From an uncultured Bacteroidales bacterium (lineage in GTDB: Bacteria > Bacteroidota > Bacteroidia > Bacteroidales > PUMT01): a stretch of DNA of 64,000 nucleotides. The stretch covers positions 53,053 through 117,052 of the forward strand of contig CAYQXY010000003.1 in the NCBI GenBank assembly GCA_964421595.1, written 5' to 3'. Below are positions 46,794 through 56,821 of this stretch, piece by piece (the stretch's first letter is position 1; each line of letters begins with the position of its first letter). The position numbers and the translations under genes were made by a program. The notes beneath the pieces are model-generated. The model was not told the DNA's origin and did no database searches. It saw only the letters and a list, made by a program, of their open reading frames with translations.

Positions 46794-49694
46794 TCAGAAA
46801 ACATCCAGGTCAAGTGCTATAGAAAAAATGAATTCAAATTTATCCCCGGAAGGGATATGTGCAAATCCTGCAGTCATATTTACCGGGGCTATAAACCGGA
46901 ACAGGTGGAAATTGGAAGTAAGGCTTCCGCCCCATGAAAAGAGCTCTTCCCGATGCCAGGTCTTAAGGCCTGACCCGCTGGCAGCCTTCCTGTAGCGATT
47001 TATCCCTGCATCGGCAAACAGTCCGCCATGTACCCTTTTCAGGTAAAGAATACCCGGAACAGCAAGGTCTGGATATATCAGTGGAAAGGAGTAGCTGCTT
47101 TTAAAAACATGCAGCTTTTCTCCTGATTGGCGTGGATATCCTGCTGGTAAACCAATCAGTCCGGAAAAAGAGTATTTCACCGGATCCTGACTCTCGGTGG
47201 CTGCACTGAGTCTGAGACTATGATGACGGTATATTCCCGGGAAATAAAGTGTCAGCTCCAGAGCATTTATCACTCCGAGGTTCTCCGACTCAAATGGTGC
47301 ACTTCGCCTCTGCCACCGCAATATCTGTCCCCATTCCGGAGCAAGGTCGCGCATACTTCTGCGCCGGTACCGGTATGCCAGGAATTGTGTCTGAAGGATT
47401 GACATTCCTCTTTTATATGTGTCTTCCCGGTCATAATGATAAAGGGAGTTATTGTATGTAAACCTTGCAAGTGGTTCTATACCGGCAATATGACTTCCCC
47501 CGGAAAGATTCAGTGGAATTGAAACAGTCCCGTTAATATTGAAACTGTTAAACCGGGACTGGTCGCCGGCACCAATGGTGTCCCTGCCCTGAAAAACCAT
47601 AGGTTCGCCTCCATAATCAAAACCGGCTTCAATCACAGGATACCAGCCCCGGTAAATAAAGTTGCCGTGGAACATATGCCTCCCCTTCTGATACGAATAA
47701 CCGAGTATGGTATTGGCAGTGCCAAGCAGGTTCTGAGATAACAGTGTAACCCCCGGGTAGACAGGTTGCTCCTGTATTTTGAATTCTCTGTAGTCATAAT
47801 AAAACGGAGCCCAGCTGTGAAACCGGAACAGATGCAGTCCCTTCCGGTAGGGACTGCTCTGCCAGTGTCCCTGACTGGATGATGTATCAGGCATGATACC
47901 GGATTCATGAGATACAAGTATTTCCATATTGTCTCTTCTGAAATATGAGTTGCCTTCATAATTTCTGAGTGTGCTCATATCAAAATCTGAAACAGCAAGA
48001 TTAAATCCGTCAGATGAATATTCTGAAAATGCAAGCTTACTGCCTGAAGAAGAAAGGTTCCCCTCAAGTGCTCCTATATATGAATTAGATACACGATAAA
48101 GTCTGCCACTGCCAGGTTTTGTTGCATACAAGTTGTCAATTCCGGATATATCGGAATGAAAGCAAACCATATTATCACATTCAAAGACTCCTGAAATATT
48201 CACAAAAGAAGGTGCTACCAGAACTCTCCATTCACCTGTCTTCATGTCAAGTGCCATAATTCCTGTACCTTCGGTGCAGACGGAGGTCAGGTATATTTCA
48301 TCACCATTACGGGACCAGGATGGCTGCTGCAGGTTTTTTCCTTCCTCCCCGGGATATCTCCCGGCTTCTTCTCCGGTAACTGAATTAATAAGGATTATGG
48401 AATTACGGTTTTCCGGGTCCACCTCAATAACCGCCAGAAAAAGCCCATCCGGAGCAAATGCGGGTGCGAAATACCTGCTTCCTGAACTTATACGTCTTTC
48501 GGTGCCTGTGTGTGTATCGTAGATTTTAATAACAGAAAATTGCCGCAGTCCCCAGCGGATATCTGATTTAAACTCAGACCAGGCAACGCGGCTGCCTGAA
48601 GATGACAAAACCGGGGCTGAAAGTTGCCCTGTATAAATCAGGCTCTTTTCATTGCCCTCCATATCGAGTTTCACGAGTTCAGAAACCTGTCCCAGTCCGG
48701 TTTTAAGCGAAATTATTGCAGAGTCACCCATCCATACAGGATATCGGTAGTTATGATAAACTTCATCAGTACGCCGGTTGATTATATCCGGATAATTGTT
48801 GACTCCGTCCATTTCTTCCGGGGTGTTTTCCCATTCCTTACCTATACGGGTAAGTACAATCTCATGCAGTTCTTCGAGACCCGAACCCGTCTGACTCCTG
48901 AGAGATCTGGAAAAGGCACCGGGAATGACGGGCCACCTGGCTAAATGATCAATTGTGTTTGCCCATATCTCAGGGCCGTATTCCTGCCGGAGGGTCGAGA
49001 CCAGCTGGTAACCGTAGTGATAGTGATCAGGAACATAGTCCTTATAAGATCCGAAAAGGTACTTGTCATAGCTGTACCTTTCCTTGTCGCTTAACAGCAG
49101 GGCGCGCAGAGGCATCTCAAATGAGGCAGTCCTCCCCCTGCCTGAATGAGTTAAGGTGGTTTCGGTCAATACCGCATCTCCTTCAAGAAACCAGAGAGGC
49201 AACTGACCCAGTGCGATACCTGATGCCTGTTCTCCGAAAAGGTGAAAGGCAAACTTTGTTAATCCCTTATTCATTTTGTCAATCTGCACTACATGCCTTT
49301 GCTCGTGCACTGCAAGATGCTGAAGCCATTCACCGCCCGGTGCTGACTGTGGTGGTGTAGTATAAAGCTCCATTCTCTTGGGTGCCCAAACAACCAGTCC
49401 GTTAGACCTTGAGTTGTGATTGTGAACGAGCACCGGAATTTTGGCCGGCCTGTGCCCGAGAGTATGACTTGTCAGCTCCCGTGAATCTTCGAGCAGTCCG
49501 GCAAGCCTGAAGGCCTGTGAGCTGAATGTTTCAGGGTATATAAGTTTAAAATTTTCAGTATTGATCTGCTTCCATTTAACAGAAGCAGGTGGCTGGCCGG
49601 TGATGTAAAACTGCGCAGAAAGATTGCCGGCTGAGGTCAGCAGAGTGATCAGAACAATTATATATTTATACAGCACACCGGGATTTTTAATCAT
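46794..49694 (-). CDS. large secreted protein: MA-clan HExxH peptidase-like domain, TolB/PD40-like beta-propeller, and C-terminal beta-barrel-like region
   Basis: The ATG at 49694 gives a signal peptide (MIKNPGVLYKYIIVLITLLTSAGNLSAQ). HEQRH is followed downstream by WFLEGDA (Peptidase_MA_2-like). Propeller-like repeats are present (FAPDGLFLAV, SWSRNGDEIYL, SSSGSKLAF). The C-terminal third has alternating aromatic residues and ends in Phe. Confidence 0.65.
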   Translation of the reverse strand: MIKNPGVLYKYIIVLITLLTSAGNLSAQFYITGQPPASVKWKQINTENFKLIYPETFSSQAFRLAGLLEDSRELTSHTLGHRPAKIPVLVHNHNSRSNGLVVWAPKRMELYTTPPQSAPGGEWLQHLAVHEQRHVVQIDKMNKGLTKFAFHLFGEQASGIALGQLPLWFLEGDAVLTETTLTHSGRGRTASFEMPLRALLLSDKERYSYDKYLFGSYKDYVPDHYHYGYQLVSTLRQEYGPEIWANTIDHLARWPVIPGAFSRSLRSQTGSGLEELHEIVLTRIGKEWENTPEEMDGVNNYPDIINRRTDEVYHNYRYPVWMGDSAIISLKTGLGQVSELVKLDMEGNEKSLIYTGQLSAPVLSSSGSRVAWSEFKSDIRWGLRQFSVIKIYDTHTGTERRISSGSRYFAPAFAPDGLFLAVIEVDPENRNSIILINSVTGEEAGRYPGEEGKNLQQPSWSRNGDEIYLTSVCTEGTGIMALDMKTGEWRVLVAPSFVNISGVFECDNMVCFHSDISGIDNLYATKPGSGRLYRVSNSYIGALEGNLSSSGSKLAFSEYSSDGFNLAVSDFDMSTLRNYEGNSYFRRDNMEILVSHESGIMPDTSSSQGHWQSSPYRKGLHLFRFHSWAPFYYDYREFKIQEQPVYPGVTLLSQNLLGTANTILGYSYQKGRHMFHGNFIYRGWYPVIEAGFDYGGEPMVFQGRDTIGAGDQSRFNSFNINGTVSIPLNLSGGSHIAGIEPLARFTYNNSLYHYDREDTYKRGMSILQTQFLAYRYRRRSMRDLAPEWGQILRWQRRSAPFESENLGVINALELTLYFPGIYRHHSLRLSAATESQDPVKYSFSGLIGLPAGYPRQSGEKLHVFKSSYSFPLIYPDLAVPGILYLKRVHGGLFADAGINRYRKAASGSGLKTWHREELFSWGGSLTSNFHLFRFIAPVNMTAGFAHIPSGDKFEFIFSIALDLDVF

Positions 49695-49888
49695 CAGTAG
49701 AAATATGTCTGCACTGAATTGCAAAAATTAAAAAAACTTAGCCGGGAAATAGCAGCCCCTGGTATGGCGCTTTCATTATATGCTTTGTCAGGATCCAGGG
49801 TCGAATTTCGGTGGCAGATTAACATTTAAATAATCATGAAGGATACTTATTAACTCAAAAAAGGGTATTTTGTTTATGCGAATATGGA

Positions 49889-50236
49889 TCAGCCTCCGGC
49901 TTTTTTCACCTTGTATCCAGATGCAGTGAGAATATCTATTACCTTATCACGAAAATCACCCTGTATCAGTATTTCGCCGTCTTTGACTGCGCCTCCTGTC
50001 CCAAGCCTGCTCTTGAGGGTTTTTCCAAGATCATCAAGGTCATCCTGTTTACCCACAAAACCAGTTATCAGCGTAACAACTTTACCCTTTCTCTGTTTTT
50101 TATCCAGCCATATCCTGAGATCTTGTTTTTCCGGCGGGAAAGTTTCCATATCCGGATGCCCATCTGTCTGATAATTGAAGTCCGGGTTAGTTGAATAGAC
50201 AACCCCGGTGCGCTTTTTACTGGATTTTTTGGCCAT
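49889..50236 (-). CDS. yciH: translation initiation factor SUI1 / YciH
   Basis: A 115-aa protein with GKVVTLITGF and GTGGAVKDGEILIQGD motifs. Confidence 0.9.
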   Translation of the reverse strand: MAKKSSKKRTGVVYSTNPDFNYQTDGHPDMETFPPEKQDLRIWLDKKQRKGKVVTLITGFVGKQDDLDDLGKTLKSRLGTGGAVKDGEILIQGDFRDKVIDILTASGYKVKKAGG

Positions 50237-50339
50237 GACTTCTTAATAAATATTCTTGTTGGAATATCAGTAAAAATAACTAAAACTGTTGGTTTTCAAA
50301 AACCGGGAAAAGCTAATAATCAAAGTGTCTTTCTTTAAA

Positions 50340-50645
50340 CCGTGAACTCGCTACATTTAACTTTAACTTTTTTTCTACAGCAAAAAAAAGTTACAAAAAA
50401 ATGCCGCCGCTACATGAAAAAGCCTAAAAATCTGCATCTTTTTCTAAAAACCGTGAACTCGCTACTCTTTGCTTTAACTTTTTTTCTACAGCAAAAAAAA
50501 GTTACAAAAAAATGCCGCCGCTACATGAAAAAGCCTAAAAATCTGCATCTTTTTCTAAAAACCGTGAACTCGCTGCGCTCAGACAGCACGGTTTTCTTAA
50601 CGAAAAAGACTTGATTTTCTTAACGGCTTTTTCATTAGGCGGGGG
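50340..50645 (+). repeat. 2 x 111-bp near-identical tandem repeat plus partial third unit closing into a hairpin and an inverted partial copy
   Basis: Units at 50340-50450 and 50451-50561 differ at four positions, clustered at unit positions 16-23. The third unit start, CCGTGAACTCGCT at 50562, continues as GCGCTCAGACAGCACGGTTTTCTT. GGCTTTTTCATTAGGCGGGG (50626-50645) is an inverted imperfect copy of CCGCCGCTACATGAAAAAGCC found within the units. Confidence 0.8.
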
Positions 50646-50843
50646 GAAGACCTTTTCAAACAACTACTGCAACAAACTCCAATTACGACAAATTCTACTC
50701 ACACAAAACTAAATGTGACAAAAAATATCCGTCGCTAAACGAAATAGTCTAGTATGGCAAATTTTTATGCAAAAAATTTGGAAAATTTAAAATACTGACG
50801 TAATATTGTGATATCATTATGATATCAATTTAATATTTTAATC

Positions 50844-51695
50844 ATGGAAAAGGAAAGAATTTCATCTCCCTACTCGGGATATCTGGGGGTTTTTATTGGT
50901 CTGGCACTGTTTTTTGGTCCGATTGCACTGGCAATATATGTCAGTCCCTGGTGGCTTTTGTTGATTATTGCCGATTTATTCTGCTGGATCGGCCTGATGG
51001 TTGTTAATCCTAATGAATCGGCGGTTCTGGTTCTATTCGGGAATTATTCAGGTACATTTAAAAGGAATGGTTTTTACTGGATCAACCCGTTCTTTGTAAG
51101 AAAAAAGATCTCGCTAAGGGCCCGGAACCTTAACTCGGAACCCATCAAGGTGAACGATAAGCATGGTAATCCGGTTATGATTGGTATCGTCCTTGTCTGG
51201 AAAGTCGAAAACACCTTCAAGGCAGCATTTGAGGTGGATGATTATATACGTTTTGTAGACATCCAGAGCGAAGCTGCAATAAGAAAACTTGCAGGCATAT
51301 ATCCTTATGATAATTTCGACGATCTGGAAGCTGATATTTCGCTGCGTGCCGGTGGAGAAGAGGTAAATTCCCAGCTGGAAGATGAACTTCGGGACAGGCT
51401 TAAAATTGCTGGTATCAATGTCATGGAGGCACGGATTGCATATCTTGCATATGCTTCGGAAATAGCAGGAGCCATGTTACGCAGGCAACAGGCCACGGCA
51501 ATTGTGGCGGCAAGGCAGAAAATTGTTGAAGGTGCGGTAGGAATGGTAGACCTGGCCCTGGCACAATTATCGTCTAAAGAAATAGTTGAACTGGATGAAG
51601 AGAGAAAGGCTGCAATGGTAAGCAACCTGATGGTTGTCCTTTGTTCAGATAAAGATGTAAGTCCGGTAATTAATGCCGGAACCTTATATCAGTAA
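50844..51695 (+). CDS. SPFH/band 7 domain membrane protein
   Basis: Two N-terminal TM helices are followed by a prohibitin-like core and an A/E-rich coiled-coil segment (RRQQATAIVAARQKIVEGAV). Confidence 0.8.
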   Translation: MEKERISSPYSGYLGVFIGLALFFGPIALAIYVSPWWLLLIIADLFCWIGLMVVNPNESAVLVLFGNYSGTFKRNGFYWINPFFVRKKISLRARNLNSEPIKVNDKHGNPVMIGIVLVWKVENTFKAAFEVDDYIRFVDIQSEAAIRKLAGIYPYDNFDDLEADISLRAGGEEVNSQLEDELRDRLKIAGINVMEARIAYLAYASEIAGAMLRRQQATAIVAARQKIVEGAVGMVDLALAQLSSKEIVELDEERKAAMVSNLMVVLCSDKDVSPVINAGTLYQ

Positions 51696-51839
51696 CCAGC
51701 TTTTTTGAATAAAACAGGAATATATAGCCTTAAGCTAAAAGTGATTAACAAATTCCGTTAAGGCATATCAATGAACAAAAAAGGTGCTGGGCCAATTCCT
51801 GTTTTACAGTCATTCAAGGCCGGACCCTAAATAAATCAT

Positions 51840-52037
51840 ATGGCGAAGAAGAAACCATTTGTACTCAGACTGAAGCCTGAAATGATGGAAGCCCTTGAGA
51901 AGTGGTCGGCTGATGAATTCCGCAGTGTTAACGGGCAGATTGAATGGATAATCAGTCGTGCACTCCGGGAGGCCGGCCGGATAAAGGAAGGCAATAAGGC
52001 TGATAATGATGATGCCGGAAAAGACTCATATGAATAA
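51840..52037 (+). CDS. Arc/MetJ-type ribbon-helix-helix DNA-binding protein
   Basis: KKPFVLRLKPEMMEALEKWSADEFRSVNGQIEWIISRAL fits the RHH pattern (beta strand followed by two helices). Length is 65 aa. Confidence 0.55.
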   Translation: MAKKKPFVLRLKPEMMEALEKWSADEFRSVNGQIEWIISRALREAGRIKEGNKADNDDAGKDSYE

Positions 52038-52072
52038 TGTGCGGATATAAGGTGATTAAATAAGTATATCTA

Positions 52073-52735
52073 ATGAATCAGGGATATAAAGAAAAAATTA
52101 TAATGCATTCCCTTTATCCGAAAAGGGTGAATTCAACTGAGATGGGATCAATCCAGTATCTTAATTTCTATGCATGTCTGTTCGACCTTACGGAAAAAAA
52201 GGTTTTTCGTATTGATGATAACCGGATATGGTGTAGTAATACTGAAACCGGAGATCCGGTTCTTGATATGGTAATTTCGATGATGGTGCCGCTTTCGGGC
52301 AAGAAAATATCCCGACTCCAGTTACTGGTTCCCCAAAAGGCAGGTGCTGTTTACAGAAAACAAATTGAACTGATGATAGAAAAGGATTACCTGAGAAAGG
52401 AAGACATAATGTTTATTTCATGGAAAGTGGGAAGCAAATACAGCGTCAGGAAACCGGATCTTCTTAAACCAGGTATTACTAAACTTGAAAGGTCGCTTGT
52501 CTATGGCCGTAAACCCGACAGGGAAACATGGCTGCTGGCGCTCCTTGCCGGTGAGGGGAAGTTTTTCAGTAATATTTTTGCCACCAGGGAATTCAGGGAA
52601 AGGGCGAATTCACGATACAGGGAATTCATCGGGTCTGAAAAGTATGAACAGGATGTTACTGTTTCGGCACTCCTTTCTACACTAAGAAAATCTATAAAAA
52701 CGAAGAAAGCTGTTTCTGCAATTGCAAAATCATAG
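52073..52735 (+). CDS. hypothetical protein, possibly GPP34/GOLPH3-like
   Basis: It loosely matches the GPP34 pattern (TGDPVLDMVI, MIEKDYLRKE, ETWLLALLAGEGKFFSNIF). Confidence in the product is low. Confidence 0.45.
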   Translation: MNQGYKEKIIMHSLYPKRVNSTEMGSIQYLNFYACLFDLTEKKVFRIDDNRIWCSNTETGDPVLDMVISMMVPLSGKKISRLQLLVPQKAGAVYRKQIELMIEKDYLRKEDIMFISWKVGSKYSVRKPDLLKPGITKLERSLVYGRKPDRETWLLALLAGEGKFFSNIFATREFRERANSRYREFIGSEKYEQDVTVSALLSTLRKSIKTKKAVSAIAKS

Positions 52736-52754
52736 CCGGTTACATTGCGGATTT

Positions 52755-55535
52755 TCAATGTGCCTCCAGCCAGTTTCCTCCGGTGCCGGAATCAACAGTA
52801 AGGGGAACTGTCAGGCTTACAACTTCCTGCATCGCTTTAATTACCAACTGCCTTATATGATCAAGTTCAGGTTTATATACATCAAAAACAAGTTCATCAT
52901 GCACCTGCAATATCATTCTTGAACGCAGTCTTTCACCATCGATCTGATTCTGGATCCGGATCATGGCAAGTTTGATTATATCTGCAGCTGAACCCTGTAT
53001 TGGAGCATTAATTGCATTCCTTTCTGCGTTGCCCCTTATCATAGCATTGCGGGAGTTTATATCAGGCAGGAATCTCTTACGACCCATTAAAGTCGCAACG
53101 TAGCCCTTTTCACGTGCTTCGTAAATACAACTATCCATGTATTCCTTAACTCCCGGATATGACCTGAAATAACCGTCAATGAGCTGCCTTGCCTCTTCCC
53201 TTGGAATACTTAGCCGCTGAGACAGGCCAAAGGCAGATATTCCGTAAATTATTCCAAAATTGGCTGTTTTTGCCTTGGCCCGCATTTCCCTGCTTACGTC
53301 TCCGCTCCCAACCTGAAATATTTTTGACGCTGTGGATGAATGGATATCTTCATTGTTGCTGAAAGCTTCTATCATCCCTCTGTCGCCGCTCATATGTGCC
53401 ATAAGCCTTAATTCAATCTGGGAATAATCGGCCGCCAGAATAACATGCTCATCATCACGCGGAATAAAGGCTTTTCTTATTTCCCGCCCCCTCGCTTCCC
53501 TTATTGGTATATTCTGCAGGTTTGGATTTGTTGAGCTTAGTCTGCCGGTTGATGTGACAGCCTGATTAAATGATGTGTGTATCCTGCCGGTGTTTTGATT
53601 AATCAGTTTCGGCAATGCATCGACATAGGTAGACAGAAGCTTTTTCAGACCCCGGTGCTCAAGTATCAATCCGATTACCGGATGCTTGTCCCTTAGCTTG
53701 TCAAGTACCTCCTCTCCTGTCGAAAACTGTTTTGTCTTGGTCCTTTTAGCATTATCAATTATTTTCATCCTTTGAAACAGAACCTCACCCATTTGTTTAG
53801 GCGATCCGATATTAAACTCCGTACCGGCCATTTTAAAGATCTCTTTTTCAAGGTTGCCTATGTCCATTACAAGCTCTGCACTGATCGATTTCAGGGCTTC
53901 GGCATTTAATCTGACACCGGCCTCTTCCATAGATGCCAGAACTAAGGCAAGGGGCATTTCAAGCCCGGAGGCAAGCTCAGAGAGATTGGCCTGCTCAATT
54001 TCCTTCTTAAGGATATCTTTTAATTGCCACGTTATATCAGCATCTTCAGAAGCATACTCCTTTACCTTCTCAATATCGACCGATCGCATGGTAAGCTGAT
54101 TCCTTCCCTTTAAACCGATCAGGTCTTCTATAGGGATGGGAGTATAATTAAGGTAAACCTCTGAGAGAAAATTAAGGTTATGCCTTTGTTCTGGCTGTAA
54201 AAGGTAATGGGCAAGCATTGTATCAAATATCTTACCTTTTACATGAATGTTATAACCCGACATTACCAGAATATCATACTTTATATTCTGCCCAACCTTC
54301 CCAATCTGTTCATTTTCAAGCACACCCCTGAAATCTTCCACAACCGACAGGGCATCTTCCCTGTTTTCCGGAACAGATACATAATAAGCCTCACGGGCCT
54401 TAAAACAAAATGCTATCCCAACAAGTCGGGCATTATGAGGATTCAGGCTATCGGTCTCGGTATCAAAACAGAACTCTTCTTGCCCGGCAAGTAAGGCAAC
54501 CAGTCTTTGCCTTTCCTCCCTGCTTGTTACCAGGTAATAATTGTGATCTACATTTTCAAGCCTAAGTAAATTGCTCTCTGCTTTTTCCTGAGCCGCTGTT
54601 TCCTGTTCGGCAAAAAGCGATCCCTGCAGAGGAACACCGGCCTTTGGCTGTACTTCAGTATTTGAAAGTATTCTCGATGCTGTAGTCCGGAATTCAAGTT
54701 CATCAAAAAGCTTTTTCAACTCTGAAAGATCGGGTTCCTTAAGCCTTAGTTGCTCATCATCAAACTCAACCGGCGCATCGAGATGTATGGTTACAAGCTT
54801 TTTTGATAAGGCAAGTACCGAAAAGGATCTTTCAATGTTCTCCCTGAGTTTACCCTTGAATTCATCTATATTTTCAAGTACTTTTTCAACGGTTTTCCAG
54901 GTTGAGATGATTTTTATTGCTGTAACTTCTCCAACTCCCGGAACACCGGGAATATTATCAGAAGTGTCACCCATCATGGCAAGGACATCTATAACCTGAA
55001 GCGGATCGTCAATTTTATAATGATTTTTCACCTCTTCAGGCCCCCATACTTCAGCCTGGTTTCCTGACCGTTTTGGTTTGAAGAGCAGAATATTTTCCGA
55101 TACCAGTTGACAAAAATCCTTATCGGGTGTCATCATATAAGTCAGGTACCCTCGTTGTTCAGCTTTTTTGGCAAGAGTTCCAATAACGTCATCGGCTTCA
55201 TATCCGGGTGATTCAATGACTGGTATATTATATGCGTGAAGTATTTGTTTAATGATCGGAACCGCAATCAGAATGTCTTCAGGAGTTTTATCCCTCTGTG
55301 CCTTGTACTGTTCAAACATATCATGCCGGAACGTTGGCGTTGGTGGATCAAAAACCACAGCTATATGAGTTGGTTTTTCATTCCTGATAACCTCATCAAG
55401 AGTATTAACAAACCCAAAAACGGCAGAGGTATTAAGGCCCTTTGAATTAATCCGGGGATTCCTGATGAAAGCATAAAATGAACGGTAAATAAGCGCATAT
55501 GCATCGAGCAGGAATAGCTTCTTATCTGATGGCAT
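52755..55535 (-). CDS. polA: DNA polymerase I
   Basis: A 926-aa protein with a 5'-nuclease domain (LLDAYALIYRSFYA), a 3'-5' exonuclease region, and polymerase motifs (ADYSQIELR, RAKAKTANFGIIYG, QVHDELVF). Confidence 0.95.
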   Translation of the reverse strand: MPSDKKLFLLDAYALIYRSFYAFIRNPRINSKGLNTSAVFGFVNTLDEVIRNEKPTHIAVVFDPPTPTFRHDMFEQYKAQRDKTPEDILIAVPIIKQILHAYNIPVIESPGYEADDVIGTLAKKAEQRGYLTYMMTPDKDFCQLVSENILLFKPKRSGNQAEVWGPEEVKNHYKIDDPLQVIDVLAMMGDTSDNIPGVPGVGEVTAIKIISTWKTVEKVLENIDEFKGKLRENIERSFSVLALSKKLVTIHLDAPVEFDDEQLRLKEPDLSELKKLFDELEFRTTASRILSNTEVQPKAGVPLQGSLFAEQETAAQEKAESNLLRLENVDHNYYLVTSREERQRLVALLAGQEEFCFDTETDSLNPHNARLVGIAFCFKAREAYYVSVPENREDALSVVEDFRGVLENEQIGKVGQNIKYDILVMSGYNIHVKGKIFDTMLAHYLLQPEQRHNLNFLSEVYLNYTPIPIEDLIGLKGRNQLTMRSVDIEKVKEYASEDADITWQLKDILKKEIEQANLSELASGLEMPLALVLASMEEAGVRLNAEALKSISAELVMDIGNLEKEIFKMAGTEFNIGSPKQMGEVLFQRMKIIDNAKRTKTKQFSTGEEVLDKLRDKHPVIGLILEHRGLKKLLSTYVDALPKLINQNTGRIHTSFNQAVTSTGRLSSTNPNLQNIPIREARGREIRKAFIPRDDEHVILAADYSQIELRLMAHMSGDRGMIEAFSNNEDIHSSTASKIFQVGSGDVSREMRAKAKTANFGIIYGISAFGLSQRLSIPREEARQLIDGYFRSYPGVKEYMDSCIYEAREKGYVATLMGRKRFLPDINSRNAMIRGNAERNAINAPIQGSAADIIKLAMIRIQNQIDGERLRSRMILQVHDELVFDVYKPELDHIRQLVIKAMQEVVSLTVPLTVDSGTGGNWLEAH

Positions 55536-55556
55536 CTATTTGAATTTTATATTTTC

Positions 55557-56006
55557 TTATTTATTGTCTGATTCAAACCATTCGGCATAGGATGTTGCGG
55601 TTTCATGAAGCCTTAGAGAAAAAAGTTCAATTCCTGAGGGTAGTTTTTCCCTTATGCGCCGGGCAAAATCGGCTATCATATTCTCACATGTAGGCTGATA
55701 ATCAACAAGCCGGAGTTTTTCAAGCATCTGGCCCATTCCGCTGTAAAGTTCTTTAGGTACAGCCCGGTTAAGCATCACTGCATGATCAAACTCATTAATT
55801 ATTTCGGTCTTAATTATTTTTTTCAAGTCGCCGAAATCTATCAGCATGCCGTTTTTAGGGCTTGATTCCTGTTTGATAACATCTCCTGTAACGGTAACGA
55901 ACAACCTGTAGGAGTGACCATGAATATTCCTGCACGGTCCATCATAATTCCAGAGGGCATGTGCCATCTCGAAATCAAATTGTTTTGTTACCCTGACTTT
56001 TGCCAT
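55557..56006 (-). CDS. queD: 6-carboxytetrahydropterin synthase QueD / PTPS family
   Basis: The sequence FDFEMAHALWNYDGPCRNIHGHSY carries the Cys/His motif. Confidence 0.85.
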   Translation of the reverse strand: MAKVRVTKQFDFEMAHALWNYDGPCRNIHGHSYRLFVTVTGDVIKQESSPKNGMLIDFGDLKKIIKTEIINEFDHAVMLNRAVPKELYSGMGQMLEKLRLVDYQPTCENMIADFARRIREKLPSGIELFSLRLHETATSYAEWFESDNK

Positions 56007-56057
56007 TTAAACCGGTATAATTTAACACAAATATACAAATCATTTGATCAACGTTCA

Positions 56058-56552
56058 TTATGCACGATCTGCTTCGACAGTAGTATCTGTCCATGCTACA
56101 TGATTTTGGTCGCATACCTCTGAAAGCTTGTTTTTCAGGGTTTTTATATCATTATAGAATATTTCCCCGAGTTTCATTTTCCATATACTACCTTTTACAG
56201 TATGAAAATATACCCTGAGAGTTTTAATTTCAACTTTCCTGACCTCATTCCAGGTGATTGTGCGGGATGGGTAGAAAAAAGAAAGCTTATATTCGATTTT
56301 ATTGCTGTTTAGTATGATATACCTGCGTTTGATGCGGAAGAAAAAACCAAAGGTGTACAGAATCATATTCAATCCTAAAATAAACATAAGATTATAAATG
56401 AACTGATTCCAGTATCTTTCTCCGGCAAAGGTTTTCACTGCAATGATAATTCCTGAAACAATTATTAGTGCTGAACCGATAATTGTATTGAAAAATCTGC
56501 CACTCTTTGAGATTTTCTGGTATTGATCCAGATTAATGATCAGCTCATCCAT
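56058..56552 (-). CDS. hypothetical membrane protein (2 TM plus soluble C-terminal domain)
   Basis: A 164-aa ORF with two hydrophobic helices. I recognise no motif. Confidence 0.45.
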   Translation of the reverse strand: MDELIINLDQYQKISKSGRFFNTIIGSALIIVSGIIIAVKTFAGERYWNQFIYNLMFILGLNMILYTFGFFFRIKRRYIILNSNKIEYKLSFFYPSRTITWNEVRKVEIKTLRVYFHTVKGSIWKMKLGEIFYNDIKTLKNKLSEVCDQNHVAWTDTTVEADRA

Positions 56553-56590
56553 ATTACAATAAATTTATATGACCTGGTCTGTTCAGAACA

Positions 56591-56821
56591 TTAAGGGACA
56601 GGGTCATGGCCGTGTCCGCCCCACGGATTACACCTGGCAATCCTCCTTATGGCGAGCCATCCGCCTTTTAGCGGACCATGCTTCTGGATTGCCTCAATAC
56701 CGTAGGCAGAACACGTTGGGGTGTACCGGCAAGATGCCATGGTCAGGGGAGAGATTGCATATTGATAAAACCTGACAAGGGCTATCAGTATATAACTAAA
56801 GAATGTCCTGACCAGTTGCAT
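56591..56821 (-). CDS. yidD: membrane protein insertion efficiency factor YidD
   Basis: The motifs [17 protein letters not shown] and [20 protein letters not shown] are present. Confidence 0.9.
   Translation of the reverse strand: MQLVRTFFSYILIALVRFYQYAISPLTMASCRYTPTCSAYGIEAIQKHGPLKGGWLAIRRIARCNPWGGHGHDPVP

Noticed and set aside
50342-50614. 90-aa ORF with an internally duplicated sequence
   Set aside because: Its duplication simply mirrors the 111-bp DNA tandem repeat. It has a GTG start, a homopolymer-rich codon content and no protein-like features.
50340-50645. CRISPR array
   Set aside because: The units are 111 bp long and directly abutting with no unique spacers. There are no cas genes in the window.
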